This document shows, one piece after another, positions 46,313 through 58,025 of a stretch of 64,000 nucleotides of DNA. Below the pieces are notes generated by a model. That model saw only the letters and a program-made list of their open reading frames with translations. It searched no databases and was not told the DNA's origin. Made by a program: the position numbers and the translations under genes. The stretch covers positions 1,728,001 to 1,792,000 of the forward strand of contig OZ241889.1 of NCBI GenBank assembly GCA_965203355.1. The letters run 5' to 3'. Source of the DNA: Candidatus Latescibacterota bacterium (GTDB lineage Bacteria > Latescibacterota > UBA2968 > UBA8231). The stretch's first letter is position 1. Every line of letters starts with the position of its first letter.

Positions 46313-47620
46313 TCAGCTGCGCCCCAAGGCCCGGTAGGCGATGTCGCGGCGGCAATAGGCGTTGTCAAAGGCGATCTGATCGACCGCTGAGTAGGCTTTG
46401 GCGACGGCCGCTTGGATGTCGGCGTCCGTGGCCGTCACGCAAAGCACCCGGCCGCCATCCGTAATGAAACGACCGTTGCGCTGGGCCGTTCCAGCGTGAA
46501 AGACGAGAAGGTCGCTGCGGTCGGCAAAAGCCTCCAAGCCGCGGATCTCAAAGCCCTTCTCGTAAAATTGCGGATAGCCGTCCGAGGCCATGACCACGCA
46601 GACGGCCGCCCCGGTCGCGCATTCGACTTGCACCTGATCCAAACGGCCATCGGCGGCGGCGATGAGCACATCGACGAGGTCGGTTTTGAGCAGGGGCATG
46701 AGTATCTGGCATTCGGGGTCGCCGAAGCGGGCGTTGAACTCTACGACTTTGACGCCCACGTCGGTACACATCAATCCGCAGTAAAGCACGCCTTGGTACG
46801 GGGTGCCGAGCCGCCGCATTTCGGCGAGCACGGGCCGGATGATGCGCTCCTCGGCCTCGCGCACTCGGGCGGGCGTCATCACCGGGGCCGGGGCGTAGGC
46901 TCCCATGCCGCCGGTGTTGGGACCTTTGTCGCCGTCGTAGATGGGTTTGTGATCTTGGGCGGGCGGCAGCGTGATAAAATGCTCGCCATCGCAGATTGCA
47001 AAGAGCGAGGCTTCCTCGCCGGTCATGTATTCCTCGACGACGATGTGGTGGCCGGCCCGGCCTAAGGTGCCTTGGTCGAGCATATCGCGTGTGGCTGCGA
47101 GGGCTTTTTCTACGCTCTGACAGACGACCGCGCCCTTGCCGGCGGCCAGGCCGCTGGCCTTGACCACGATCGGGGCTCCTTGCTGGCGGATATAGGCACT
47201 GGCGGCTTGGCTATCGGTGAAACTTTGGTGCCGAGCGGTGGGGACGCCGACGCGCTGCATCAGCTCTTTGGCGAAGACTTTGCTGCTTTCGATGCGTGCC
47301 GCCGCTTCCGTGGGGCCGAAGATCGCCAAGCCACTGGCGCGGAAGCGATCGACAATGCCGCCGGCCAGGGCGTCGTCTGGGCCGACGACGGTCAGCCCGA
47401 TTTGCCGCTCGTGGGCAAAGGCGATCAGACGCTCGATTTCGCTGGTGAGTTTGTCGCGCTCGGCCACCGGGGTATCGACGCGGATATCGACGCATTCAGC
47501 GAGGGAGGCCATGCCGGGATTGCCGGGGGCCGCGTAGAGTTTGTCGATGCGCTGGCTCTGCGCCAGCTTCCACACGAGGGCGTGTTCGCGCCCGCCTTTG
47601 CCGACGACTAAGACGTTCAT
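46313..47620 (-). CDS. purD: Phosphoribosylamine--glycine ligase
   Basis: GGREHAL, APGNPG, GLAAGKG, GPNTGGMG, EFNARFGDPE; ATG at 47620 after aaggag. Confidence 0.97.
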   Translation of the reverse strand: MNVLVVGKGGREHALVWKLAQSQRIDKLYAAPGNPGMASLAECVDIRVDTPVAERDKLTSEIERLIAFAHERQIGLTVVGPDDALAGGIVDRFRASGLAIFGPTEAAARIESSKVFAKELMQRVGVPTARHQSFTDSQAASAYIRQQGAPIVVKASGLAAGKGAVVCQSVEKALAATRDMLDQGTLGRAGHHIVVEEYMTGEEASLFAICDGEHFITLPPAQDHKPIYDGDKGPNTGGMGAYAPAPVMTPARVREAEERIIRPVLAEMRRLGTPYQGVLYCGLMCTDVGVKVVEFNARFGDPECQILMPLLKTDLVDVLIAAADGRLDQVQVECATGAAVCVVMASDGYPQFYEKGFEIRGLEAFADRSDLLVFHAGTAQRNGRFITDGGRVLCVTATDADIQAAVAKAYSAVDQIAFDNAYCRRDIAYRALGRS

Positions 47621-47639
47621 TGGTGCTCCTTTCTCAGGA

Positions 47640-48566
47640 TCAGAGATAGCCAAATTCTCGCAAGTCGCGCTCTTTGTCGCGCCAGTCTGGACGGACTTTT
47701 ACCCACAGCTCTACATAGACGGGCGCGTCGAGCAGTTCCTCTAAGGCCGCACGCGCTTTGCGTCCGATTGACCGCAGGCGCGTGCCCTTCTTGCCGATGA
47801 CGATGCCCTTCTGACTCTCGCGCCCGACGTAGATAATGGCGCGAATGTAGGTTTTGTGGCCGGGGCGTTGGCGGAATTCCTCGATGTGGATGTTGATGGC
47901 GTACGGTAGCTCGTCTTCGAGGTGCTCAAAAGCTACCTCGCGGATGCGCTCGGCGGCAAAAAACCGCTCGGGCTGTTCGGCCACCATATCGTCCGGGTAG
48001 AGCTTGGGGCCGCAAGGTAGTTGGGCCTCTAAGCGCGCCAGCAATTTGCCGAGTCCGTCGCCGCGCCGGGCCGAGATCGGAATCGGACTGGCGATGGCGA
48101 ACTCGGCCGCGATGCTTTTTTGCAGGCCGTCTAGCTGGGTGGGTTTTAGCAGGTCAATTTTGTTGAGCGCGGCCAAGACGGGTGCCCGTGTGCGCGTTAA
48201 GAAGTGCTTTACTAGCGCCCGGCGGTCTTGGGGGCGGGAGGCGTCGAACAGCAGCAGGACGAGGTCGGCTTGACGGGCGGCTTGGTCGATCTGATGGGCC
48301 ATGGTCTCGTGCAACTTGTAGGAGGACTCCAGCAGGCCCGGCGTGTCCAAGAAAATCATCTGGCTCTGTGGGCGGGTGAGGATGCCGAGGATGCGGCTGC
48401 GAGTCGTTTGCGGCTTGGCGGTGACAATGGAGAGCCGTTGGCCCAAGAAGGCGTTGAAGAGGGTGGACTTCCCGGCGTTGGGGCGACCGGCTAGGGCTAC
48501 GTAGCCGACGCGGGGTTGCTCAGAAGCGGAAACTGGCGGACAACTGATACGTTGCTTCGAGTGCAT
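47640..48566 (-). CDS. era: GTPase Era
   Basis: GRPNAGKST, KPQTTR, DTPG, NKID, IVIGKKG. Confidence 0.96.
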   Translation of the reverse strand: MHSKQRISCPPVSASEQPRVGYVALAGRPNAGKSTLFNAFLGQRLSIVTAKPQTTRSRILGILTRPQSQMIFLDTPGLLESSYKLHETMAHQIDQAARQADLVLLLFDASRPQDRRALVKHFLTRTRAPVLAALNKIDLLKPTQLDGLQKSIAAEFAIASPIPISARRGDGLGKLLARLEAQLPCGPKLYPDDMVAEQPERFFAAERIREVAFEHLEDELPYAINIHIEEFRQRPGHKTYIRAIIYVGRESQKGIVIGKKGTRLRSIGRKARAALEELLDAPVYVELWVKVRPDWRDKERDLREFGYL

Positions 48567-49446
48567 CGTGCTGCAAATAGGCGAGGTCGAGGTCGAGGGT
48601 GCGGTGCGGGGTGAACCCTAGCCCAAAGGCTTGGCGGCCTTCTTCCAATCCAGCCCGTAGGGCGATGTAATGATGGCGGTATTCTACGCCGGCGTTGAGC
48701 GGGACGTCGGTAGAGGCCGTGTCGCCGCCGGAACGGGTGGCTAGGAGGGCGGTGGTCTGGCCCCCGGCAATAGGTATGGCATACGCCACGCCCAAGAGCA
48801 GGGCGGGCTGGATGCGGTCGGTGCTGTCCGTATTCCAGATCATGGGCGTGGTGGTGATGTCGCGCACGTTGGCCGCTAACGCGATCTGGGGACTCAATTG
48901 GTAGCGTGCGCCTAGGTCGAGGCCGAAGCCATAGGCATTAAAGGCGGCGACGTGGCGGTAAATGGCCTTGGCACTTAGCCCTAGGGATAGGCGCGCACCG
49001 AGTCGGCGACTGCCCGACAGATACAGGGCATAATCCGCGCTTTGCTCGGTCGAGGCGATGCGCGGACGATTGTCGGTGCTGGGAGCCTGGAGGGGATCTG
49101 GCAGCTCGGTAAAGTGGATGTCGTCAAGGCCTAGGCGCACCACGCTCAGGGCCATGCCGTGCAAAAGGTGCCCTGGCCGGGCGATGGCGATAAAATCGCG
49201 CTGAACGAGGCCGGAGAAATGCTCGGAATGCGTCAGGTGAACTTGGCGACTGCTGAGGGCCGCGAGGCCAGCCGCATTCCAATAGCCTGCGGTGGCGTCG
49301 TCGGCAAGGGCCACATAGGCGCTGCCCAAGGCCGCCGAGCGGGCACCCGCGCCCAAGCCGAGAAACGCACCGGCGTAGCGCGAGGCAGCGTGTGTAGCTC
49401 CGGTCAATAACAGAGCTAGTGCAAGCGGAAGAAGACTCTTGGGCAT
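48520..49446 (-). CDS. Second PorV/PorQ-family beta-barrel protein
   Basis: Signal peptide, AFLGLGAGARSAALG, ADDATAGYWNAAGL, GFGLDLG, terminal Phe. Confidence 0.8.
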   Translation of the reverse strand: MPKSLLPLALALLLTGATHAASRYAGAFLGLGAGARSAALGSAYVALADDATAGYWNAAGLAALSSRQVHLTHSEHFSGLVQRDFIAIARPGHLLHGMALSVVRLGLDDIHFTELPDPLQAPSTDNRPRIASTEQSADYALYLSGSRRLGARLSLGLSAKAIYRHVAAFNAYGFGLDLGARYQLSPQIALAANVRDITTTPMIWNTDSTDRIQPALLLGVAYAIPIAGGQTTALLATRSGGDTASTDVPLNAGVEYRHHYIALRAGLEEGRQAFGLGFTPHRTLDLDLAYLQHDALEATYQLSASFRF

Positions 49447-49524
49447 GGGCTTAAAAAGCTAGCGGAAGGGGGGACGAGTGTCAAATCGGCTCCCGGCATC
49501 CTTTCTTGCCAATGTGGCCGATTT

Positions 49525-50853
49525 TCAGGCTATAAGGACGATTTGCAGATCCATGACGTTGGTACCAGTAGGCCCGGTGATGACGAGGTCGCCCAACGCC
49601 GCAAAGAAGGAATAGGAGTCGTGGCGGTCGAGAAAGGCGCGGGCGTCGAGACCTTGGGCGCGGGCGCGGATCAAGGTCTGGCCGTCGGCAAGGGCGCCGG
49701 CCGCATCGGTGGGACCGTCGGTGCCGTCCGTGCCGCCCGAGAGCAGCGTGATGGCGGGCCAACCGTCGAGCTGGAGAGAGGCGGCTAAAGCCAATTCTTG
49801 GTTGCGACCGCCCTTGCCATCGCCGCACAGCGTGACGGTCGTCTCGCCGCCGACGAGGAGACAAGCGGGTCGGGCGATGGGACGGTCCGCTTCCGCGATT
49901 TCTTGGGCAATGGAGACTAATGCGGTCGCGGCATGGCACGCCTCGCCCTGCAAGCGGCTGGTGAGGACGCATACCTCGTAGCCGAGTTCGCTGGCTTTGT
50001 GCGCGGCTGCGTCCATGGCCAAGCGGCTGTTGCCAATGACAAAGCTCTCGGCGCGGGCAAAGCAAGGATCCCCGGGCTTGGGGGTTTCCGGTCGCTCGCC
50101 GCGGGCACCGGCTTCGAGGTGCCGACGGACTGGACTGGGGAGTTGGTGGCCCAGGTCGTAGCGATTGACTATTGCTAGGCAATCGTCAAAAGTCGTGGCG
50201 TCTGGGTGGGTCGGGCCGGAGGCGATGGTCTCGAGGGAGTCGCCGATGACATCCGAGAGCATGAGGGCGATCACGCGGGCTGGTGCAGCTACCCGAGCGA
50301 GCAAGCCACCCTTGATGGCCGAAAGGTGTTTGCGCAGGGCGTTGATTTCGTCGATAGTCGCGCCGCAGGCGAGCAGGAGGCGGGTGGTTTCTTGCTTTTC
50401 CGCGAGGGTTAGGCCCTCGGCCGGAGCGGGCAGCAAGGCCGAGCCGCCGCCGGAGAACAGGCCGAGGACCAGCGCGTCGGGAGCCAAGTTTGCTAGCAAT
50501 TCGAGTTGGCGCTGCGCACCGGCTACGCCCGCTTCGTCTGGGACTGGATGCCCGGCTTCAAAGGTCTCGACCCGCGCCAATGGCTGCGCGTGGCCGTACT
50601 TGGTGTTGATAGCCCCGCAGTCAATGCGGTCGCCGAGCATGGCCTCGGCGGCTGCGGCCATGGCCGCGGTGGCTTTGCCCGCGCCGACTAAGCGCAAGCT
50701 GGAAATGGAATCAAGGGGAAAGCAGAGCGGGCCACAGCACAACGCACCGCCCGTGACCTTGAGGGTTTGGTGAATGCAACGGCCGGGGTCGGCGGCCGCG
50801 ACTCCGGCCGCAAAAATGGTGTGCGCGTGCGCACGCCGCAAAGCAGCATCCAC
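49525..50853 (-). CDS. Glycerate 2-kinase / hydroxypyruvate reductase (MOFRL family)
   Basis: GAGKA, SGGGSAL, RKHLSAIKGG, GGETTV, GGRNQE, TDGTDG, TGTNVMD. Confidence 0.93.
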   Translation of the reverse strand: MDAALRRAHAHTIFAAGVAAADPGRCIHQTLKVTGGALCCGPLCFPLDSISSLRLVGAGKATAAMAAAAEAMLGDRIDCGAINTKYGHAQPLARVETFEAGHPVPDEAGVAGAQRQLELLANLAPDALVLGLFSGGGSALLPAPAEGLTLAEKQETTRLLLACGATIDEINALRKHLSAIKGGLLARVAAPARVIALMLSDVIGDSLETIASGPTHPDATTFDDCLAIVNRYDLGHQLPSPVRRHLEAGARGERPETPKPGDPCFARAESFVIGNSRLAMDAAAHKASELGYEVCVLTSRLQGEACHAATALVSIAQEIAEADRPIARPACLLVGGETTVTLCGDGKGGRNQELALAASLQLDGWPAITLLSGGTDGTDGPTDAAGALADGQTLIRARAQGLDARAFLDRHDSYSFFAALGDLVITGPTGTNVMDLQIVLIA

Positions 50854-50864
50854 CTAAGCGCACC

Positions 50865-51491
50865 TTAGAAGCGGCGCATGAGGCCCACAACTTTGCCGGC
50901 GATGCTGAACCCGTCGGCGTCGGGGGGGACGACGATGGGGTCGCACGCATCGTTTTCAGGCAGGAGCCGGATGCCGTCGGGGTCGGGAGCATAGCGCTTG
51001 ACCGTGGCCTCGTCGCCGAGCAGTGCGACGACGATATCGCCGCGCTCGGCGCGATCTTGCTGGCGGGCGATGACGATGTCGCCGTCGAGAATCCCGGCGT
51101 TGTACATGCTCTCGCCGTGGATGCGCAGCGCGAAGACATCGCCCGAAGCGGGAACGAGCGATGCATCGACATTGAGCGTGTTTTCGATGTTTTGAGTAGC
51201 GAGGATAGGGGTGCCGGCCGCGACTCGGCCAACGAGGGGCACTTCGCGCAGGTCCGTGGAAAGGGAGGCGGGCCTGACGTAATCGACCAGTTCAATGCCC
51301 CGGGAGCGGCGCGCCCGCCGGCGAATGTAGCCTTTTTTTTCCAAGGTCTCCAAGGTAGTGCGTACGCCATTGGTGGAGTTGATGCCAAAGACGTCCATGA
51401 TCTCGCGGATAGTGGGCGGGCCTCCAGAGCGAATTGCATGGGCGATGAAGTCGTAAATGGACTGCTGGCGCTTGGTTAGGGGTTTGGGCAT
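50865..51491 (-). CDS. lexA: SOS repressor LexA
   Basis: LTKRQ, PPTIREI, RGIEL, VAAG cleavage site, GESM (Ser), TVKR (Lys); ATG at 51491. Confidence 0.96.
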   Translation of the reverse strand: MPKPLTKRQQSIYDFIAHAIRSGGPPTIREIMDVFGINSTNGVRTTLETLEKKGYIRRRARRSRGIELVDYVRPASLSTDLREVPLVGRVAAGTPILATQNIENTLNVDASLVPASGDVFALRIHGESMYNAGILDGDIVIARQQDRAERGDIVVALLGDEATVKRYAPDPDGIRLLPENDACDPIVVPPDADGFSIAGKVVGLMRRF

Positions 51492-51534
51492 GAGTGTAGC
51501 TCCATGTGGGAGAAGAGGTAAAAACAAAACATAA

Positions 51535-51565
51535 AATATATACTGCACATTAGTTCATTTGTCAA
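51535..51565 (-). promoter_or_regulatory. lexA promoter with candidate SOS box in the spacer
   Basis: TTGACA (51565-51560), TGAAC-taat-GTGCA (51557-51544), TATATATT -10 region. Confidence 0.7.
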
Positions 51566-51635
51566 TGGGCACCTCTTCGTCTAATTTGCCCTTTCACTAA
51601 CTGCTCGGGGTTTTTGCGCGACCGGGACGACGGAT

Positions 51636-53009
51636 ATGGAAGCCATAGTCGCCAGTGTGCGACAAGTGTTGCAGGAAGAGGGCTTGGAAGTCGGTGCTAG
51701 CGTAGTCGTCGCAGCGTCGGGCGGCGTTGATTCGACGGTGTTGCTCGATGTCTTGGATGGCCTAGAGTACCGGTTGCACGTGGCGCACTTAGACCACGCG
51801 CTGCGGCCGGGTTCGGTGGCCGACAGCCGCTTTGTCGCCGACGAGGCGCAGCGACGCGGGTTGCCTTGCTCGGTAGAACGGCGCGACGTAGGGGCTTACG
51901 CCCGAAGCGAGGGGCTGTCGCTAGAGGAAGCGGGTCGTCGGCAGCGCTACGCCTTGCTCGACCAAGTCGCCGCTCGGGTCGGGGCCGAGTTCATCGCCTT
52001 GGGGCACCACGCCGACGACCAAGCCGAGACCGTGATCTTGCGCCTGTTGCGCGGCAGCGGTGCCACCGGCTTAGGGGGGATGGAGATTGTGCGCGAGGGC
52101 CGCTATGTGAGGCCGCTGCTGCGCGTGCGGCGCGCTGAAATCGAAAAATACGCACGCCAGCGGGGCTTGCGCTACCGAGAGGACCCCTCCAACCGCGACC
52201 GGCGATTTTTGCGCAATCGAGTACGCGCGGAACTAATGCCCTTGCTCAAGAGCTATAATTCCAACATCGCCGAGGTTCTAAATCGCACCGCTGCGCTGCT
52301 CAAGGCCGAGGATGACCTACTCGCCGCGCTAGCCCAAGAGGCTTTAGATACAGTGATTTGTGAGCGTTGTAGCGACAAGGTGGCTCTTGATAGTAATAGG
52401 CTTCTCTCTTATCATATAGCCATACAAAGGCGCGTGTTGCGCGCCGTGCTTCAGGGCCTTGCCGCCGCAGAAGGCCCTTTTGATTTTGCCCGCGTCGAGC
52501 AAGTGCGGCGCTGGATTGGCGGCGGCGACAAACGCCTGCGGATGTTGGGTGCTGGGCTGAGGGCGCAGGGTTGTGGTACACGCTATATCTTGCGTCGCGG
52601 TCAGCGGTCGCCGATCGCGTGCTGTTTCGAGATACCCGGTGTACTCGTGCTAAGAGAGCACGGCGTGAGAATCCGCGTTCAAATCGTCTCCCCAGAGCAC
52701 TTCGACAAGGCCCAGCTAGGAGGCGCGCAGGTGGCTTTGGACGCGGACCGACTCGGCACGCAGGTGCGAGTGCGTAGCCTGCGGCCGGGCGATCGCTTTC
52801 AGCCGCTGGGCATGGAAGGACACAAAAAACTGAGCGACTTTCTCATCGACGCTAAGTGGCCAAAAATCTCGCGCGACGAAGTGCTGGTGCTGGCCCAAGG
52901 AGAGGAAATAGCTTGGGTTGCACCCCTGCGTTCTAGTCATGCCTTTAGAATAGAATCCACTACGCGCCGCATCGCCTTGTGTACGCTGAGGCACTGGGAC
53001 GGCGATTGA
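51636..53009 (+). CDS. tilS: tRNA(Ile)-lysidine synthetase
   Basis: SGGVDS, HLDHALR, GHHADDQAET, RPLL, RNRVR. Confidence 0.96.
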   Translation: MEAIVASVRQVLQEEGLEVGASVVVAASGGVDSTVLLDVLDGLEYRLHVAHLDHALRPGSVADSRFVADEAQRRGLPCSVERRDVGAYARSEGLSLEEAGRRQRYALLDQVAARVGAEFIALGHHADDQAETVILRLLRGSGATGLGGMEIVREGRYVRPLLRVRRAEIEKYARQRGLRYREDPSNRDRRFLRNRVRAELMPLLKSYNSNIAEVLNRTAALLKAEDDLLAALAQEALDTVICERCSDKVALDSNRLLSYHIAIQRRVLRAVLQGLAAAEGPFDFARVEQVRRWIGGGDKRLRMLGAGLRAQGCGTRYILRRGQRSPIACCFEIPGVLVLREHGVRIRVQIVSPEHFDKAQLGGAQVALDADRLGTQVRVRSLRPGDRFQPLGMEGHKKLSDFLIDAKWPKISRDEVLVLAQGEEIAWVAPLRSSHAFRIESTTRRIALCTLRHWDGD

Positions 53010-53024
53010 CCTAGAGCATCTGTC

Positions 53025-54949
<1,925 letters not shown>

Positions 54950-54953
<4 letters not shown>

Positions 54954-55798
54954 TCTGGGAGTTGGGAAGTCGCACTCTCCACTTTGGCGACCTCGTACAG
55001 ATCATGGGCGTCCTCAATGCGACGCCCGATTCGTTTTACGACGGGGGGTGCTACAGCGAACCGAGTGCTGCGGTGGAGCGCGGCTTGGCGATGGTGGAGG
55101 AAGGGGCGGCAATCGTCGATATTGGGGGGGAATCGTCGCGCCCGCCGATGTACGGGGCCGCCGCAGAGGTCTCAGTTGCCGAGGAGTGCGCTCGGGTTCT
55201 TCCGGTCGTCCGGGGCCTTCGCCGCCAGAGTGCCGTGCCCATCTCGGTTGACACGGTCAAGGCCGAAGTGGCGCGCCGGGCCCTTGAAGTGGGGGCCGAC
55301 ATCATCAACGACATTAGCGCCCTGCGGCACGATCCGGCCATGGCCGAGGTCGCCGCACAGGCTAACGCCCCCGTGGTACTGATGCACCGCCGGGGCACGG
55401 CGGCTACCATGCAGCAAAATACCCACTACGATGACCTGCCCGGGGCGGTGTACTCCTTCCTACAAGAGCGCGTATGCGCGGCCCGCGCCCAAGGCGTCGA
55501 GCGCGTGGCCGTGGATCCGGGCTTGGGGTTTGGCAAGTCGCCGGAGGGCAATCTCGCTTTGTTGGGGATGTTAGAGCACTTCTTGGGATTGGAGTGCCCG
55601 CTGGTGGTAGGTGCTTCGCGCAAATCCTTTATCTGGAAGACGCTTGGGCTCTCGGCCGCCGAGAGCTTGGAGGGCAGCTTGGCGGCGGCAACGCTAGCGG
55701 CTAGGGCCGGCGTCCACGTGCTGCGAGTCCACGACGTGTCTGCGACGCTGCGGGCCGTCCGCTTGGTCGAGGCCGTGCGGAGCCAAATGCCGTGCTAA
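54950..55798 (+). CDS. folP: Dihydropteroate synthase
   Basis: GVLNATPDSFYDGG, DIGGESSRP, DPGLGFGK, SRKS, RVHDV. Confidence 0.96.
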
Positions 55799-56574
55799 AA
55801 GACCCGGTCCTGTTCCATCTGTTTGGCTTTCTGCCGGTCTCGTTGGCCTCTGTGGTGGATATCCTACTGGTGAGTTTCATCTTTTTTCGCTTGTTCTCCC
55901 TGATTAAGGAAACCCGCGCCGCGCACATGGTCGCCGGGCTGCTCTTGATGGTGTTCGTGGCCTTGGCCGCACCTTGGCTCAAGATGAACGCCCTGTCTTG
56001 GCTTTTGGAGCAGGTGCGCTCCATCTTGCTGATCCTGCTGGTCATTCTCTTTCAGCCCGAGCTGCGTCGGCTCCTGCAAGTCTTGGGGCAGACCCCGGCG
56101 TTCCGTTGGTTTTACAAGGCCGAGCCGTCGCGGATCATCGACGAGGTCGTCAGCGGAGTCGGGCGTTTGGCCGATCTGGGGTACGGCGCGTTGATCGTGC
56201 TGGTGCGCCAAGTCCAGATCAGACCGGTCATTGAGACTGGGGTGCCCCTGAATTCGGAAGTGTCGGACGATTTGCTAACCACGATTTTCAGTCCACGCGC
56301 TCCGCTGCACGACCGCGCCGTCGTCATCCAAGGCGAGCGCTTGGTGGCGGCCCGCTGCACCTTGCCGCTGGCCGAAGAGGTCGAAGACCAGCGGCTGGGA
56401 ACCCGCCATCGGGCGGCATTGGGGCTATCGCAGGAATCGGACGCGGTAGTTATCGTCGTCTCCGAGGAGAACAGTGCTATTTCGCTGGCGGTGGGTGGGG
56501 TGTTTTGGCGGGGGTTAGACCGCCGGCAACTCAAGCTCCGCCTACAAGAGCAGATGGCCTCGGGCCGAGCGTAG
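55792..56574 (+). CDS. cdaA: Diadenylate cyclase CdaA (DGA motif reads DRA)
   Basis: Three TM segments, FQPELRR, PLHDRAV, GTRHRAALG, VSEE. Confidence 0.9.
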   Translation: MLKDPVLFHLFGFLPVSLASVVDILLVSFIFFRLFSLIKETRAAHMVAGLLLMVFVALAAPWLKMNALSWLLEQVRSILLILLVILFQPELRRLLQVLGQTPAFRWFYKAEPSRIIDEVVSGVGRLADLGYGALIVLVRQVQIRPVIETGVPLNSEVSDDLLTTIFSPRAPLHDRAVVIQGERLVAARCTLPLAEEVEDQRLGTRHRAALGLSQESDAVVIVVSEENSAISLAVGGVFWRGLDRRQLKLRLQEQMASGRA

Positions 56575-56590
56575 CGCGGCGGCGTTTTGC

Positions 56591-56659
56591 TTGACACGGT
56601 CTCGGCGGTACTCTACTTTAAATCGAATTTTTATTTTAATTAAAGAATAAAAATTATGA
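56591..56659 (+). promoter_or_regulatory. arg operon promoter with tandem ARG boxes
   Basis: TTGACA-17 nt-TACTTT (56591-56619); GAAT-TTTT-ATT (core at 56625) and GAAT-AAAA-ATT (core at 56645). Confidence 0.72.
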
Positions 56660-57123
56660 AAAATAAACAGATGCGGCAGACTCGCATGCGGGAGCTGCTC
56701 TACAGAAGGTCCATTGACACGCACGAAAAATTGGCCGAAGTCCTCCAGCAACAAGGCATTGAAGTCAGCCAGTCGACCTTGTCGAAAGACTTGCGTGAAA
56801 TAGGCGTGGTGCGAGTGCCGCAGGCCGGTGGGGGATTTCGCTATACGCTGCCCGAAGCCGGGGCTACGCTGCGCGACCTACACATTCTAGAGCGAGAGCT
56901 GCAGGACTTCTTGGTCCAGACCGAACAGATAATCAACATGGTGCTGGTGCGGACCGTGTCCGGGCATGCCCAAAGCGTTTGCGAGGCCATTGATCGCATG
57001 AGTTGGGCCGAGGTCGCGGGTACGCTGGCCGGCGAAAACACCATCTTTATCGTCACTCGTTGCGAGCGAGATGCGGCGAAGTTAGTCGATAAGATCGACG
57101 CAGTATGCGGCGCGGAGGATTGA
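56656..57123 (+). CDS. argR: Arginine repressor
   Basis: VSQSTLSKDL helix, GTLAGENTIF C-terminal motif. Confidence 0.92.
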   Translation: MKNKQMRQTRMRELLYRRSIDTHEKLAEVLQQQGIEVSQSTLSKDLREIGVVRVPQAGGGFRYTLPEAGATLRDLHILERELQDFLVQTEQIINMVLVRTVSGHAQSVCEAIDRMSWAEVAGTLAGENTIFIVTRCERDAAKLVDKIDAVCGAED

Positions 57124-58010
57124 TGAACGCCGAGGTTTTGCAGGACTTTCAGATCCAGATCAGCAAAGCCGAGACCCTGATAGAGGCCCTGCCGTACCTA
57201 CAGGAATTTCGCGGCAAAGTGATGGTCGTCAAATACGGCGGCAGCACCATGGGCAGCGGGGACACCGTATATAAGGACATCGTTTTCATGCAGGCGGTCG
57301 GCATTTGTCCGGTCGTGGTCCACGGTGGTGGCCCGGCCATCACCCGGCGTCTGCAAGAGTTGGGCATTGAAAGCCAGCGCATAGATGGGTTGCGGGTGAC
57401 GGACGCCGTCGCGATGAAGGTGGTTGAAGATGTGCTTTTTGGCGAGGTCAACGCGCGGATCGTCCGCGAGATTGGGGCACTAAACGGGCGGGCCGTGGGC
57501 CTCTCGGCCAAGGACGCCGGGATCATGCAGGTGCGCAAGCATTGGGCCCAAACCGATGGTGCGCCCTTGGACATCGGCTATGTCGGCGATGTCCAGCACG
57601 TGGATACCGAGCCTTTGTTGGACTTGATAGCCAAGGGCATGATCCCGGTGGTCGCGCCGATTGGCCGCGGTCCAGCCGGGGAAAGCTTCAACGTCAATGC
57701 CGATACGGCGGCCGGGGAAATCGCCGCGGCCCTGCACGCTGAAAAGTTGGTCTTTTTGACGGACGTGCAGGGCGTTATGCGCAATCTCACAGACGATGCG
57801 TCCCTGCTGTCAACGGTGCGCGTGTCTGATGTGGGCCAGCTCATTGACCAAGGCGTGATCCGGGGCGGGATGATTCCCAAAGTCGAAGCCTGTATCAAGT
57901 CCGTCAAAGCGGGTGTGCGCAAAACCCACGTCATCGACGGGCGCGTGTCGCATGCGATGTTGCTCGAGTTTTACACTCGGCAGGGTATTGGCACCCAAAT
58001 TGTCCAGTAG
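57123..58010 (+). CDS. argB: Acetylglutamate kinase
   Basis: EALPYL, VKYGG, VHGGG, GLRVTD, NVNADTAA, GGMIPK; TGATG overlap with argR. Confidence 0.96.
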   Translation: MNAEVLQDFQIQISKAETLIEALPYLQEFRGKVMVVKYGGSTMGSGDTVYKDIVFMQAVGICPVVVHGGGPAITRRLQELGIESQRIDGLRVTDAVAMKVVEDVLFGEVNARIVREIGALNGRAVGLSAKDAGIMQVRKHWAQTDGAPLDIGYVGDVQHVDTEPLLDLIAKGMIPVVAPIGRGPAGESFNVNADTAAGEIAAALHAEKLVFLTDVQGVMRNLTDDASLLSTVRVSDVGQLIDQGVIRGGMIPKVEACIKSVKAGVRKTHVIDGRVSHAMLLEFYTRQGIGTQIVQ

Positions 58011-58025
58011 GACGACGGAGGAACC

